From Parcubacteria group bacterium (GTDB lineage Bacteria > Patescibacteriota > Minisyncoccia > 2-02-FULL-40-12 > IGHO2-01-FULL-4-A): DNA of 64,000 nt. Where the stretch lies: NCBI GenBank assembly GCA_043821485.1, contig JBDRCU010000057.1, positions 598-64,597 on the forward strand. The letters run 5' to 3'. This document shows, one piece after another, positions 28,594 to 39,049 of the stretch. The first letter of the stretch is position 1; the number at the start of each line of letters is the position of its first letter. The notes beneath the pieces were generated by a model. It searched no databases. It saw only the letters and a program-made list of their open reading frames with translations, and was not told where the DNA came from. The translations under genes were made by a program, and so were the position numbers.

Positions 28594-28920
28594 CTACGGA
28601 AGGAACTGTACTGGATCTCGGACAACGAAATGAGATAGATTCTCGCCGACGTGGCTTTTGAGAAAGAGCCTACTGAAGACGTCCTTAGCTGTCGTAGGCA
28701 CGTCTTTATTGTCCCATGCCACCATCCAGTCATGTTTGCCTGTAGGTACTTCTCCTGGATTGAAGGTTTGGAGATGAATCTTTATGATCTTCTCACCCTT
28801 CCTGTAGAAGAAGGTGTACACACAGCCGATTCTGACTGAAACAAGTTGCACCTCTAGGGTTTCTGGCTTATCCTCGCGGACTTTTGCGAGGAATGTTTCA
28901 GGAGTAAGCATTGTATTCAT
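28594..28920 (-). CDS. Hypothetical protein in a GC-richer cassette
   Basis: GAGGAGG SD; downstream hairpin AAACCGCCC...GGGCGGGTT at ~28557-28593. Confidence 0.65.
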   Translation of the reverse strand: MNTMLTPETFLAKVREDKPETLEVQLVSVRIGCVYTFFYRKGEKIIKIHLQTFNPGEVPTGKHDWMVAWDNKDVPTTAKDVFSRLFLKSHVGENLSHFVVRDPVQFLP

Positions 28921-29035
28921 TCTGTCCTCCTCGGTTTATATACAAGTATCAGTCATATACCATATTTAGCAAGTCCGTTCTGTAGATATCTATATTAATG
29001 TTGGTTGATTTGTGTACATGTAGTAAAATATATCT

Positions 29036-29575
29036 ATGAAAGAAGATATAGATTATAGTGCATATGGAATGGATGAAGATGTGGCTATAGGCGAGCCGCA
29101 GTTTATCTTTCCTCCTGAATCAGCATCATGGTCAGGTCCGCTTTACTATGTTCGCGGACATAGGCGCAATACGATAATTACGGCAATCGTGCTTTTTGCA
29201 ATTGCTGGTTTAGTTTATATCTTTGACAGCAATCTATTGACTACAGTCGTCATTGCTTTGCTTGGTGTACTTATCCTTGTCACCTCTCATAAGAAGGCAC
29301 CTATTGTTGAATTTGAGGTCTCGAGTGTAGGAGTATCAGTTGATGATAAAGCGTATTTAATTAATGATCTTGAATCATTTTGGATAGATTATGTTCCAGA
29401 ACTGGATGTATATGAATTGAGTCTGCAATTGAAGCAATGGCATAAATCTTATGTAAAAATTCCTCTTCAGGCGCAGGATCCTGTTCAAATTAGGGATATT
29501 CTGCTAGAGTTCGTACCCGAAGAAGAACATCATGTAACTCTTGAAGAAAAGCTTCGCCATAAGATTGGGATATAG
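29036..29575 (+). CDS. Two-TM hypothetical membrane protein
   Basis: Two TM helices then a PH-like region (VSVDDKAY...LESFWI). Confidence 0.7.
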   Translation: MKEDIDYSAYGMDEDVAIGEPQFIFPPESASWSGPLYYVRGHRRNTIITAIVLFAIAGLVYIFDSNLLTTVVIALLGVLILVTSHKKAPIVEFEVSSVGVSVDDKAYLINDLESFWIDYVPELDVYELSLQLKQWHKSYVKIPLQAQDPVQIRDILLEFVPEEEHHVTLEEKLRHKIGI

Positions 29576-29579
29576 TATT

Positions 29580-29651
29580 GCACCCATAGTTTAACGGATA
29601 GAACGCGGACTTGCGGAGTCCGTGATCGAGGTTCGATTCCTCGTGGGTGCA
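29580..29651 (+). tRNA. tRNA-Arg(GCG)
   Basis: GCACCCA...TGGGTGC-A; anticodon arm CGGAC-TTGCGGA-GTCCG. Confidence 0.93.
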
Positions 29652-29718
29652 CTAGACTCATTGAACTCATTGCGATACAGTATTACTAGGTCGTATGTAT
29701 TTAATTTACTATATTATT

Positions 29719-29967
29719 ATGGCCAAGAAATTAGGAGAGGTGACCCATTGGTATGATAAGCTTGGAGTTGCAGTACTTAAGCTTACTGCCAATTTGAACA
29801 AAGGAGACGCCATTAAAGTCGTACGCGGTGATGCTGAATTTGAAGATACTGTATCTTCAATGCAGGTAGATCACGAAGATGTAGAGTCTGCGAAAAAAGG
29901 CGATGAAGTGGCTCTTAAGCTTTCACAGAAAGCAAAGCAAGGGTCTGAAATATACCTTTCCGAATAA
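29719..29967 (+). CDS. Small EF-Tu domain II-like beta-barrel protein
   Basis: GEVTHWYDKLGVAVL, SMQVDHEDVESAKKGDEV. Confidence 0.75.
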   Translation: MAKKLGEVTHWYDKLGVAVLKLTANLNKGDAIKVVRGDAEFEDTVSSMQVDHEDVESAKKGDEVALKLSQKAKQGSEIYLSE

Positions 29968-29985
29968 TTATTTAACTAGAATATT

Positions 29986-30663
29986 ATGAAAGTATTATTC
30001 ATATTGATACTTATTATTGTTGCGCTTACGTTGTGGTTTGGATTCATCAAAGATGATGGCGGAGACGTAGTTGTTGATGGTATGCATACTGAAACACCCA
30101 CGCCAGCAGATACCGAAACACCTGATGATATTGCCACGCCTGTGCCTCCGGGTACGCCTTCAGATGACGAGGATGATGACCAAGGTGGCGATATAATCTC
30201 GGATACATCTGATTGGCAGGTTATTACGAATGAACGCGAAGGGTATGAAGTAAAAATCCACCCATGGTGGTGGTGGAGCAGATATTATAATGTAGATGAC
30301 GAGACAGTGAGTATTCTTGGTTTTGATACATCTTCATTGGAAGACAAACCCTATTCTTCTGCGCCAATCCAGATACGTACTACAACAGATGAGAGATATT
30401 TAGATGATGTTGCACCGCAGTGTCTGAAATCGTACGACAGAGATTATTGTATGTTACTGATTGAATCAAGTGAAAATATTAAAGTTGATGGTGTCTCTGG
30501 AAAACGTTTTCTTAACAGAGGAGATAGTAATGAAGCATGGGGATTGCATAGGGTTGTTGTGGAACATGACGATTTGATCTATGAGTTTTCTTTTAATGAA
30601 TCGGGCGGAGATCACTTGGATATCTTCAACACCATAGTAGATAGTTTTAGATTCTTAGACTAA
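29986..30663 (+). CDS. Membrane-anchored PsbP-like protein
   Basis: N-terminal TM, DTSDWQ...GYEVKIHP, C-terminal FNTIVDSFRF. Confidence 0.7.
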   Translation: MKVLFILILIIVALTLWFGFIKDDGGDVVVDGMHTETPTPADTETPDDIATPVPPGTPSDDEDDDQGGDIISDTSDWQVITNEREGYEVKIHPWWWWSRYYNVDDETVSILGFDTSSLEDKPYSSAPIQIRTTTDERYLDDVAPQCLKSYDRDYCMLLIESSENIKVDGVSGKRFLNRGDSNEAWGLHRVVVEHDDLIYEFSFNESGGDHLDIFNTIVDSFRFLD

Positions 30664-30723
30664 ATTAAGCCAAATATCATAAAAGCCGCCAGAAGGCGGC
30701 TTTTATGATACAATAATCCCATA

Positions 30724-32889
30724 ATGATAGACCTCGATTCTTCAATTGATACATTGAGCCGCATTGGGCCTAAGGCTGTGCCTAAGTTTAAACGTCTTGG
30801 GATTGAGACCATACGAGATCTATTATGGCATTTCCCTTCGCGGTATGAGGACTTTAGCCAACTTACTGAAATTGCAGATATTACTGATAAAGGGCAGGTG
30901 GTGAGTGTGCGTGGAGTAATACGGTCTATCGAGGTAAGTCGTGCGTGGAGACGGCGCATGGTCATCGTGAATGCAGAGGTTGAAGACGATACGGGAAGCA
31001 TTCGAGTTGTGTGGTTCAATCAGCCATATATCGCAGATATGCTGTCTGAAGGCACTGTAGTGAGCCTGTCAGGCAAGGTGACATTGGATAAGCAGGGACT
31101 TTGTCTATCCAGCCCGTCATATGAGAAGGCAACAACCGATCTTAAGCATACAGGCAGACTCGTACCAGTTTATCCAGAGACTCAAGGAATCACTTCCAAG
31201 TACATACGTTTCCTTCTTAAACCAATCTTAAACTACCTCAAAACAATTCCCGATCCCCTACCAGAGGGCATCATTAAAAAGTATAAATTTCCAGAGGCAC
31301 TTAAGGCACTCCGCGATATCCATTTTCCAGATGAGATAGATGAGAACGAAAAGGCACGCAATAGGTTTGCATTTCAGGAGCTTATGCTGTTTCAACTTCG
31401 TGCTTTGCTTACCCGTAAAAAGATGCACACTCTCAAGGCTTCGCAGATAAAATTTGATAAAGACCTTGTAGCTGATTTTGTAAAAAAGCTTCCATTTAAG
31501 TTAACAGACGATCAGCGTGTGGCGACTTTTGAGATATTGCAGGATATTGAAAAGACTTATCCAATGAATAGATTACTCAATGGTGATGTAGGTGCTGGCA
31601 AGACTATCGTTGCCCTTATTGCAGCATATCAGGTGGTTCAAACAGAGCATCAGACAGTACTTATGGCTCCCACTGAAATTCTTGCCAAGCAACATTTTAA
31701 TACGATCATTTCCATTTTGACAGGAGGTTCAAAGAGGACAAAAATACCTAATATTAAGGTCGGATTATTGACCGGATCCCATGCTCGACAGTGGCCGACA
31801 GATGAGATTACAGAAGAAAAGATTTCCAAAAAGCTCATGCATGAAAAGATCAAAAATGGCGAGTTTGATATTGTAATTGGCACTCATGCTGTTATCCAAA
31901 AGGATGTTGCATTTAAGAGCCTCGGACTGGTTGTAATTGACGAACAGCATAGATTCGGTATTGAACAGCGTATGAAATTAGTTAAGACTAAGGGCTTAGT
32001 TCCTCACTTGCTATCAATGACTGCTACTCCGATACCCCGCAGTCTGGCACTTACAATATATGGGGATTTGGATGTGTCATTAATAAAGCAAAAGCCTCAA
32101 GGTAGGCGTGAAATATCTACAAAAGTGATATCGAATAAGAAACGAGATGAAGCTTATAAATCTATAGATAAGGAAATTGCTTCTGGTCGGCAAGTTTTTG
32201 TGATTTGTCCGAGAATTGAGCTATCGAAAGTAAATGGTAGCAGTAATGGCGATGAACTTGATCCTTCTAAGCCAGTTTCGCAAGCAAAACTTATGTGGGC
32301 AGAGGTCAAAGCTGTCACAGATGAATTTGAAAAATTATCTAAAAACATATTCCCCCACCGCAGACTTGCCATGCTCCATGGTAAGCTCAAGCCTAAGGAA
32401 AAAGAAAAAATCATGAGTGATTTTCGCGACGGAGTATACGATATGCTGGTTTCAACATCCGTAATAGAAGTTGGGGTTGATGTGCCTAATGCAACAATAA
32501 TGATGATTGAGTCAGCTGAACGATTCGGTCTTGCCCAGCTTCATCAGTTCAGGGGGCGCGTAGGCAGAGGTGAACATCAGTCTCACTGTCTGCTTTTTAC
32601 AAGTTCAGGAAATGGTATTTCAGGTCAAAGACTACGATCAATGGAAAAAATAAGTAGTGGCTTTGAGCTTGCAGAAATTGACCTTAAGCTCCGTGGTCCG
32701 GGTGAGTTTGCAGGTGTTAAACAATCAGGCATGCCTGACTTAACTATGTCATCTTTGGCAAATTTAGAGCTTATCAAAAAGACCCGTGCAGAAGCACAGG
32801 CATTACTCAAACAAGATCCAACCCTCAAAAAACATCCGTTACTGCTAATCGAACTTTCCAAGATGCAGAGAATGGTACACTTTGAATAA
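30724..32889 (+). CDS. recG: ATP-dependent DNA helicase RecG
   Basis: GDVGAGKT, DEQHRFG, MTATPIPR, QLHQFRGRVGRG, DLKLRGPG. Confidence 0.98.
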   Translation: MIDLDSSIDTLSRIGPKAVPKFKRLGIETIRDLLWHFPSRYEDFSQLTEIADITDKGQVVSVRGVIRSIEVSRAWRRRMVIVNAEVEDDTGSIRVVWFNQPYIADMLSEGTVVSLSGKVTLDKQGLCLSSPSYEKATTDLKHTGRLVPVYPETQGITSKYIRFLLKPILNYLKTIPDPLPEGIIKKYKFPEALKALRDIHFPDEIDENEKARNRFAFQELMLFQLRALLTRKKMHTLKASQIKFDKDLVADFVKKLPFKLTDDQRVATFEILQDIEKTYPMNRLLNGDVGAGKTIVALIAAYQVVQTEHQTVLMAPTEILAKQHFNTIISILTGGSKRTKIPNIKVGLLTGSHARQWPTDEITEEKISKKLMHEKIKNGEFDIVIGTHAVIQKDVAFKSLGLVVIDEQHRFGIEQRMKLVKTKGLVPHLLSMTATPIPRSLALTIYGDLDVSLIKQKPQGRREISTKVISNKKRDEAYKSIDKEIASGRQVFVICPRIELSKVNGSSNGDELDPSKPVSQAKLMWAEVKAVTDEFEKLSKNIFPHRRLAMLHGKLKPKEKEKIMSDFRDGVYDMLVSTSVIEVGVDVPNATIMMIESAERFGLAQLHQFRGRVGRGEHQSHCLLFTSSGNGISGQRLRSMEKISSGFELAEIDLKLRGPGEFAGVKQSGMPDLTMSSLANLELIKKTRAEAQALLKQDPTLKKHPLLLIELSKMQRMVHFE

Positions 32890-32890
32890 G

Positions 32891-33883
32891 TTATCCATTG
32901 ATTGAGAAGATAAATTGATACAAGCCGTCTTTGAGGTCTATCATGCCGTTTTTGGAATTGAGCTCCAGTTCTTGGAGCTTACAGAAATGTTTTTTGAGGT
33001 CATTTAAATCGAAGTTTCGTACTTGTGTTGAAGTCTTTTGGATAACGAATGGGTGTAGTCTGGTTTTGTTGATTATTCCTGGTTGAGCTATGCCTTCTGC
33101 CATCATGCTTTTGATTTTTAACATATTTCTGAATTGATAGACCAGCATGGAGTGCAGATAATATGGGTCCATTCCTTTTTCCAATTGGCTGTAGAGCATC
33201 TTGGTTGCTACTCCCCTTTTGCGGGATGCTACGGCATCAGTGAAAGCAAATATATTAGGATTTATTATTGGTATAACAAGATTTTCTATGTCTTCAATCG
33301 TTGCCTTCTTGTCTTTGTTATTGTGTTTAGAATTTGCAATCTTTGCGAGTTCAGTTGCAATATGCCATGTGCGATCAGGCTTAGTGTCCTTGGCCATTTT
33401 ATTTTTATCCTGATTGGTGAGAGAATCTATGAGTTTCTGAGCAACATATCTGTCTATAATCAGCCCCATATTTAATGCCTCTTTAATAACCCATGAATTA
33501 AGACGCGTACCATCCAATGGTTCTATCTCTGTGGCAATAGCCTTCGAAGCAAGGTATTCAAATAGGTCTTTATTTTTCTTTTTGAGTTCAGCTTGATTTG
33601 AGCTCTCTGTGATTATTAATAAACGATCTTTGTCCTTGTCTACGTCATATTGTTTGAGCAGATCGAGTAATTTTTTATGTAAAAATCCATTGCGAATTAC
33701 GAGAATTTCTTTATCTGAAAAGAGTCCTGTTACTTTGATTTTTTCTTCGAGTTTTAGATAATCTTCATTTTCTTCGAGATTAAGATAGGACGTACCTGTG
33801 CCGTCTTTGGCGTGTTTTTTAGCAAGTTCTTTCGCCTTTTGCTTGATGCGATAAGCATCTTTTCCGTAAAGAAAGATGATCAT
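32891..33883 (-). CDS. holA: DNA polymerase III delta subunit
   Basis: MIIFLYGKD, GLFS, ELAK, NIFAFTDA, LHPFVIQK. Confidence 0.85.
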   Translation of the reverse strand: MIIFLYGKDAYRIKQKAKELAKKHAKDGTGTSYLNLEENEDYLKLEEKIKVTGLFSDKEILVIRNGFLHKKLLDLLKQYDVDKDKDRLLIITESSNQAELKKKNKDLFEYLASKAIATEIEPLDGTRLNSWVIKEALNMGLIIDRYVAQKLIDSLTNQDKNKMAKDTKPDRTWHIATELAKIANSKHNNKDKKATIEDIENLVIPIINPNIFAFTDAVASRKRGVATKMLYSQLEKGMDPYYLHSMLVYQFRNMLKIKSMMAEGIAQPGIINKTRLHPFVIQKTSTQVRNFDLNDLKKHFCKLQELELNSKNGMIDLKDGLYQFIFSING

Positions 33884-33890
33884 TGTGAGA

Positions 33891-34868
33891 TTAGTCTATA
33901 ACAATCTCTATCCAAATGCTACCATCTGCAAAAATCATTTCATCTCCATTTTCGTCATGGAACATGAGACTGCCTAAGTGTGATTTCTTTTCCCATCTGC
34001 CATTAATAAATTCCCCATTTTTGTAGAGGGTGGCATCTCCTGATCCAATAGTATCTACGCGGATATAGTCTACGCTTATCGGCGACCATGAAGTTCTCAT
34101 TATCATGACATTTGCTACCTCAACTTGTTCATCTGTATTTTTGTCTATTTCTGGCGTTCCTGCACGTATTCTGCTGTATGCATTAGTTTCTGCGTCATAA
34201 GACCATGACACTTCAAAATCATCTGTATATAGCACTGGAGGTTCGAGTGTTCCCTCACTTTCACTTTTTTCGTATTTGTAATCAATTCTTTCATCTGTTG
34301 TGCTATATCCTAAGTCTCGAGCCTTATCTATGAGATTATCATGTGTTGTAAAACCATCATGAGGCATTGGAATTCCATCCTTGCGATAGTAAACTGTTCC
34401 GTCGTATATCAAGCCATTAACATTATCTGTAACTCCGGCATTGAGCTGTTTAAGAGCTTCTGCCTCTCCTCCCCAGTGCGCATATATTGCATCAAGTCCC
34501 TGAACTAGAGGGATAAAATCCAGCCTTGCTGATCTGATTGATCCAATCTCTTTGGGATGTTCGCATTGATAAATTGCCATCATGCGGGTAACTCCTCCTT
34601 CTGTCACCGGCATTTCAAAAACAATATCTGCCTGACCGATTCCAGACAACGGACGGGGCTCCGGATCTGAAGAAAGCATTATGGCAACTGGCCGGCTGGT
34701 TGGGTTTTTACAATCTGATGGGGCGAATTTATCAAGCAGGCTGCCGTTATTATTGCCAATTTCAATGGTTTGCCTTCCGGCATCCGACAGAAGAAATGCA
34801 AGTAAAGCCAATGCTATAATGACAAAAATCCAGATATATAGTTTTGTTTTTGATATTCTTAATCTCAT
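33891..34868 (-). CDS. DUF3048-like exported protein
   Basis: RPVAIM, GIGQADIVFEMPVTEGGVTRMMA, IGSIRSAR, HWGG. Confidence 0.8.
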   Translation of the reverse strand: MRLRISKTKLYIWIFVIIALALLAFLLSDAGRQTIEIGNNNGSLLDKFAPSDCKNPTSRPVAIMLSSDPEPRPLSGIGQADIVFEMPVTEGGVTRMMAIYQCEHPKEIGSIRSARLDFIPLVQGLDAIYAHWGGEAEALKQLNAGVTDNVNGLIYDGTVYYRKDGIPMPHDGFTTHDNLIDKARDLGYSTTDERIDYKYEKSESEGTLEPPVLYTDDFEVSWSYDAETNAYSRIRAGTPEIDKNTDEQVEVANVMIMRTSWSPISVDYIRVDTIGSGDATLYKNGEFINGRWEKKSHLGSLMFHDENGDEMIFADGSIWIEIVID

Positions 34869-37501
34869 TCTAATGGCTTCATTTCTTTCCAGTTAGTGCC
34901 TTGTTTAATATCTACGATTAATGGGACATCTAGCTTGTAAACTTTTTCCATTATAGCTTTTATTTCTGGAGCGACCTTGTTTATAATATCTTTTTGAACT
35001 TCAAATACAAGCTCATCATGCACCTGAAGCAGTGTGCGTATTTTATCAGTATTGTATTTCTCTTGGAGGTGTTTGTATACCTTTATCATGGCAAGCTTAA
35101 CAATATCTGCTGCAGTGCCTTGTATAGGCATGTTTATTGCCATACGTTCAGCTTGAGCGCGAAGTTGTTGAATACCAGAATCAATATTTGGGAAATATCT
35201 TCTGTGGCCGAAGATCGTTTCTACATAGCCTTTGCTATAAGCTTGATTCTTCGTATTTTCCATGTATTCTGCTATGCCTGAAAATTCTGCAAAGTACTTG
35301 TCCATAAACTCTCTGGCTTGAGCCTGATCTACTCCTGCAGTACGTGCAAAGCCTCTCACACCCATGCCATAGAGAATGCCGAAGTTGAGTACCTTGGCCT
35401 GTCGTCTGATGTCTTTGGTGACTTGCGATTCTGTAATTCCAAGCACTTCCATAGCAGTTCGCGTATGGATATCTTCCCCGTTTTTGAATGCTCTGATCAT
35501 CTTTTTATCCCCTGCTACATGCGCTGCTATACGCAAATCAATTTGAGAATAATCGAATGAAAGAAGTCTATAACCGCGTTCAGGGATGAATGCTTTTCTG
35601 AATTCTCTGCCGAGTTCCGTGCGTACTGGGATGTTTTGTAAGTTAGGATCTTTTGAAGAAAACCTTCCAGTTACAGTGCCTGTTTGATTGTATGTTGTAT
35701 GGATTCTTTCATCCTCATCTATCCATTCAGGAAAGGGTTCTATATAGGTTGTTTTCAGTTTCTGGAGCTCTCTGTATTGTAAAATCGGGTCAATTATTGG
35801 ATGCTCATCGCGGATTTTTTCTAACTCCGGAGCTGCTGTTGAGAGTGCTCCCCCGCTTGTTTTGCGTACCTTTGTTTTGAGTTTGAGGTTTTCAAAAAGC
35901 ACTGATCCAAGCTGTTGAGGAGAATTAATATTAAACTCACTCCCAGCAAGTTTATAGATTCGTCGCTCAAGTTTGGAGAGCTCGCTTTTTGTGATTGTAA
36001 GCAGGTCAGCTAATATTTTGGTATCGATCTTAATGCCATTTAATTCCATGTCAGCAAGTACGGGAATTAAAGGTAATTCGATTTCTTCAAAGGCTTTTTT
36101 TGATGTACTGGACTGGAGTTTTTTGTCCAGATATTTTTTGAGTTGTAATATGCGGATGGGGAATTCTTGGGCTGATGTATTTGGTGGTATGGATTTGCCA
36201 AGTTCGCTTTGGCATAGATCAGACAGTTCATATTTGCCACTGCCGAGGTTTAGCATGTATGCGGCAATCATTGTATCAAAGAATTTTTTAGGCTGGATTT
36301 TTTGTTTTATAAAATGTTTCACGATTTGTTTCACGTCGTGTCCTATTATCGTAATATCAGGGTTATTTAGCACTTCTTTGATTGGTTTTGGTATAGGATT
36401 ATCCAATACAAAACAGCTTTTTCCATCCGAGCATCCATAAAGTTTCTCTTCCTTCTGTTCCATGTGGAACGCTGCTTCTTTTTGTTTTTTGATGCTGGTT
36501 GCTATTTTTTCCGGAGAGTCTTGAGATAAAGGTACTTCAGTCTTTGGTTTATTGAATCCCTTTGACGAAGATGACCCCATATCAAGTGTTGCTTGTGTGC
36601 CAAGACCGATGTTATCCAGACGTTTCATTAAACTTGAAAATCCATATTGGCGGAATAGATTTTCTATTTCAGTTCTATTTAGACGTTTTCTCCATTCGCT
36701 GTCTTTCATTGAAAATTTAATATCTACATCTGTAACAATAGTGGATAGTTGTTTGGAAAACATTGCCTGATCCTTATGCTCTCGAAGATTCTCTTGAAGC
36801 TTTTCTGAAACCTTGTCCTTTGATATCCCTGTTTTTGATTCAAGTTTTTTGTAGAGATTATCCAATGTCCCAAATTCCTGTATTAGTGCGGTTGCAGTTT
36901 TTTCTCCAATTCCAGGTACTCCGGGGATATTGTCAGACGGATCACCCTTAAGACCCTTGAAGTCATTCATTTGATCCGGCCTAAGACCATAGCGTGCTTT
37001 TACTGCTTTGTCGTCGTAAATGACTGTATCTCCCATTCCCCTCTTCATTGTTAGTATAATTACTTTTGTACCGTCAACTAATTGAAGCGTATCCAAATCC
37101 CCTGTTGCTACAATGATTTGAGTGTCTTTCTCCTTCTTGGCATTTTTAACAATGGTTCCGATTACGTCATCAGCTTCAAAACCCTGCTTTTCATAGATTG
37201 GTATTCCAAATGCTTTAACAATATCTTTGACTATTGGAAGCTGATCATAGAGTTCTTGAGGGGCTTTAACTCGATGTTCTTTGTATTCGGCAAATTCCTC
37301 ATGGCGAAAAGTTGGTCCTGCCAGATCAAAGGTTGCAACAATATAGTCAGGATTTAGATCCTTGATTGTCCGTATTAGTATTGAGCTAAAGCCAAAAGCA
37401 GCATTAGTAACCATGCCCGAGGGTCCGGTTAAAGGAGGCAAAGCGTGAAAAGCCCTATGTACCAAGGCATTCCCGTCAATCAATATTAGTTTCTTCTTCA
37501 T
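34865..37501 (-). CDS. polA: DNA polymerase I
   Basis: 5'-3' exonuclease (IDGNALVHRAFHA, GDPSDNIPGVPGIG), DYSQIDLR, AKVLNFGILYG, QVHDEL. Confidence 0.98.
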   Translation of the reverse strand: MKKKLILIDGNALVHRAFHALPPLTGPSGMVTNAAFGFSSILIRTIKDLNPDYIVATFDLAGPTFRHEEFAEYKEHRVKAPQELYDQLPIVKDIVKAFGIPIYEKQGFEADDVIGTIVKNAKKEKDTQIIVATGDLDTLQLVDGTKVIILTMKRGMGDTVIYDDKAVKARYGLRPDQMNDFKGLKGDPSDNIPGVPGIGEKTATALIQEFGTLDNLYKKLESKTGISKDKVSEKLQENLREHKDQAMFSKQLSTIVTDVDIKFSMKDSEWRKRLNRTEIENLFRQYGFSSLMKRLDNIGLGTQATLDMGSSSSKGFNKPKTEVPLSQDSPEKIATSIKKQKEAAFHMEQKEEKLYGCSDGKSCFVLDNPIPKPIKEVLNNPDITIIGHDVKQIVKHFIKQKIQPKKFFDTMIAAYMLNLGSGKYELSDLCQSELGKSIPPNTSAQEFPIRILQLKKYLDKKLQSSTSKKAFEEIELPLIPVLADMELNGIKIDTKILADLLTITKSELSKLERRIYKLAGSEFNINSPQQLGSVLFENLKLKTKVRKTSGGALSTAAPELEKIRDEHPIIDPILQYRELQKLKTTYIEPFPEWIDEDERIHTTYNQTGTVTGRFSSKDPNLQNIPVRTELGREFRKAFIPERGYRLLSFDYSQIDLRIAAHVAGDKKMIRAFKNGEDIHTRTAMEVLGITESQVTKDIRRQAKVLNFGILYGMGVRGFARTAGVDQAQAREFMDKYFAEFSGIAEYMENTKNQAYSKGYVETIFGHRRYFPNIDSGIQQLRAQAERMAINMPIQGTAADIVKLAMIKVYKHLQEKYNTDKIRTLLQVHDELVFEVQKDIINKVAPEIKAIMEKVYKLDVPLIVDIKQGTNWKEMKPLE

Positions 37502-37525
37502 AGTTCTGCTATCACTTTAACACGG

Positions 37526-38002
37526 TTAGAGACTGATTTGTATATTTCTGGTTGTGATGTCCTTGTGATCGATTTTGATGGTTATACTGTTTTTTGGGAT
37601 GAGCTTGCCTAGCTTCTCTGGCCATTCTATGAGAACGATATTAGAAGGGTCGTTCAGAAATTCTTCGATGTTTAGAGTCTCGATATCTTCCTTGGTATCC
37701 ATGCGATAAGCATCAATATGGATTAGCTGTTTAAAGCCGGATTTCTGTTTATCTCTCTCACCTCTTTGTGGAACATTATATTGTTTCACAATAACGAATG
37801 TTGGGCTAGTGATATGGTTTTGTATACCTAATGCCTTGGCAAAAGCTTTGGCAAATGTAGTTTTACCAGTGCCAAGATCGCCTTGTAGGCGAATGATTTG
37901 GGCCTTAGTACGAGAGGCAGTAGAGTCATCTTTAAGTATCTGTAGTGCTATTTCCTTGACTAATTGATCTACCTGCTTAAGATCATATGTTCCATTTTTC
38001 AT
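37526..38002 (-). CDS. tsaE: t6A biosynthesis ATPase TsaE
   Basis: GDLGTGKTT, SPTF, HIDAYR, IEWPE. Confidence 0.95.
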   Translation of the reverse strand: MKNGTYDLKQVDQLVKEIALQILKDDSTASRTKAQIIRLQGDLGTGKTTFAKAFAKALGIQNHITSPTFVIVKQYNVPQRGERDKQKSGFKQLIHIDAYRMDTKEDIETLNIEEFLNDPSNIVLIEWPEKLGKLIPKNSITIKIDHKDITTRNIQISL

Positions 38003-38092
38003 ATATTTATCTTAGCATTTTAACGATTTTTTCAAAGGAGGGTTGCGAGAAATAATGATAATGATAAAATTGGGATTAAAGGAGAATTCGCC

Positions 38093-38377
38093 ATGGGAGA
38101 ACAGGGTGAGCCCGGTGGGGGCGAACGTTTAGTCGTTCGCCTTGGGTTGCTGGCTGGTAAGGGTATGGAAGTTGATAGAGATGATGAGGTGCCGCATGAG
38201 GATATCAAGTGTTTCTGCGGATCAAACCTCCAAGTCACCGAAGATGGAACCAAGTGCCCAACCTGTAAAAAGGAGTCAATTGCAATCGAGTGTCCGGAGT
38301 GCACCGTCGAACTCAAGGTCATACAAGGAAAGGCGCAGTGCTCTGCCGGACATTTTCGCATCGACCTCCGGAAGTGA
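38093..38377 (+). CDS. Zn-ribbon small protein in a GC-richer cassette
   Basis: AAAGGAG SD, TTGCGA-16-TAAAAT promoter; CFCG, CPTC, CPEC, CSAGH. Confidence 0.7.
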   Translation: MGEQGEPGGGERLVVRLGLLAGKGMEVDRDDEVPHEDIKCFCGSNLQVTEDGTKCPTCKKESIAIECPECTVELKVIQGKAQCSAGHFRIDLRK

Positions 38378-38385
38378 TTTTTCAG

Positions 38386-38476
38386 AAGTACTAACCATTG
38401 GGTGGCCCAGAAGAGACGTATTTAGTATACTGTGGCCGCCCACAACCAAAAGAGTATCACGATGTGGTGCTTTTTT
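38386..38476 (+). repeat. Conserved structured 3' module, copy 1
   Basis: AAGTAC, TGGGTGGCCCAG...CTGTGGCCGCCCA, AAAAGAGTATCAC-GAT-GTGGTGCTTTTTT; homologous to 53205-53288 minus. Confidence 0.7.
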
Positions 38477-38487
38477 GATTCTGGTGG

Positions 38488-38868
38488 CTAGCTGTATGAC
38501 TCTGCTACATTCTTGAAATGAAGTATTCGTGCTTTGTGTGTGAGGCGGTTGAGTGTGACAGAGATGATATCTATTTGCCATTTAGCGTTTGGATTGCCTT
38601 GTTCATGTTCAAGATATAGCTTAGCTGTTTTGGTGATCTTTGCAATTTTGTTTGGATTGACTCGTTTTTCTGGTGAGAATTCTATGCCGTAATCTTTGTC
38701 ATTCGCTTTGACCTCAACAAAGATAAAGACGTTGTTCTTCTTGGCTATAATATCTATCTCTCCCCAGGCTTTACGGTAGTTACGCATCACTATTTTATAC
38801 TCCATATTTTTGAGATAGTGTGTGGCAATATTTTCGCCTAAAAAGCCCAATTTTTGATGTTTTTGCAT
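38488..38868 (-). CDS. YraN family protein
   Basis: GENIA, RNYR, GEIDIIA, FVEVK, QIDIIS. Confidence 0.92.
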   Translation of the reverse strand: MQKHQKLGFLGENIATHYLKNMEYKIVMRNYRKAWGEIDIIAKKNNVFIFVEVKANDKDYGIEFSPEKRVNPNKIAKITKTAKLYLEHEQGNPNAKWQIDIISVTLNRLTHKARILHFKNVAESYS

Positions 38869-39049
38869 ATTTTATCAACTATCTCCTTGACGATTTGAGT
38901 TAAAAGGAGTAAGCTTCCTCCACGTTCTCGAAGGAGGACGTTTTGCTTTAACTAGCCATAAATTTATTATTACGCAGTTCAAAAACTTCTTTAAGAAACT
39001 ATCAATTCCAACATTTATTAAGAGCGACCGTGTCGGGCTGGTTTTTGTT

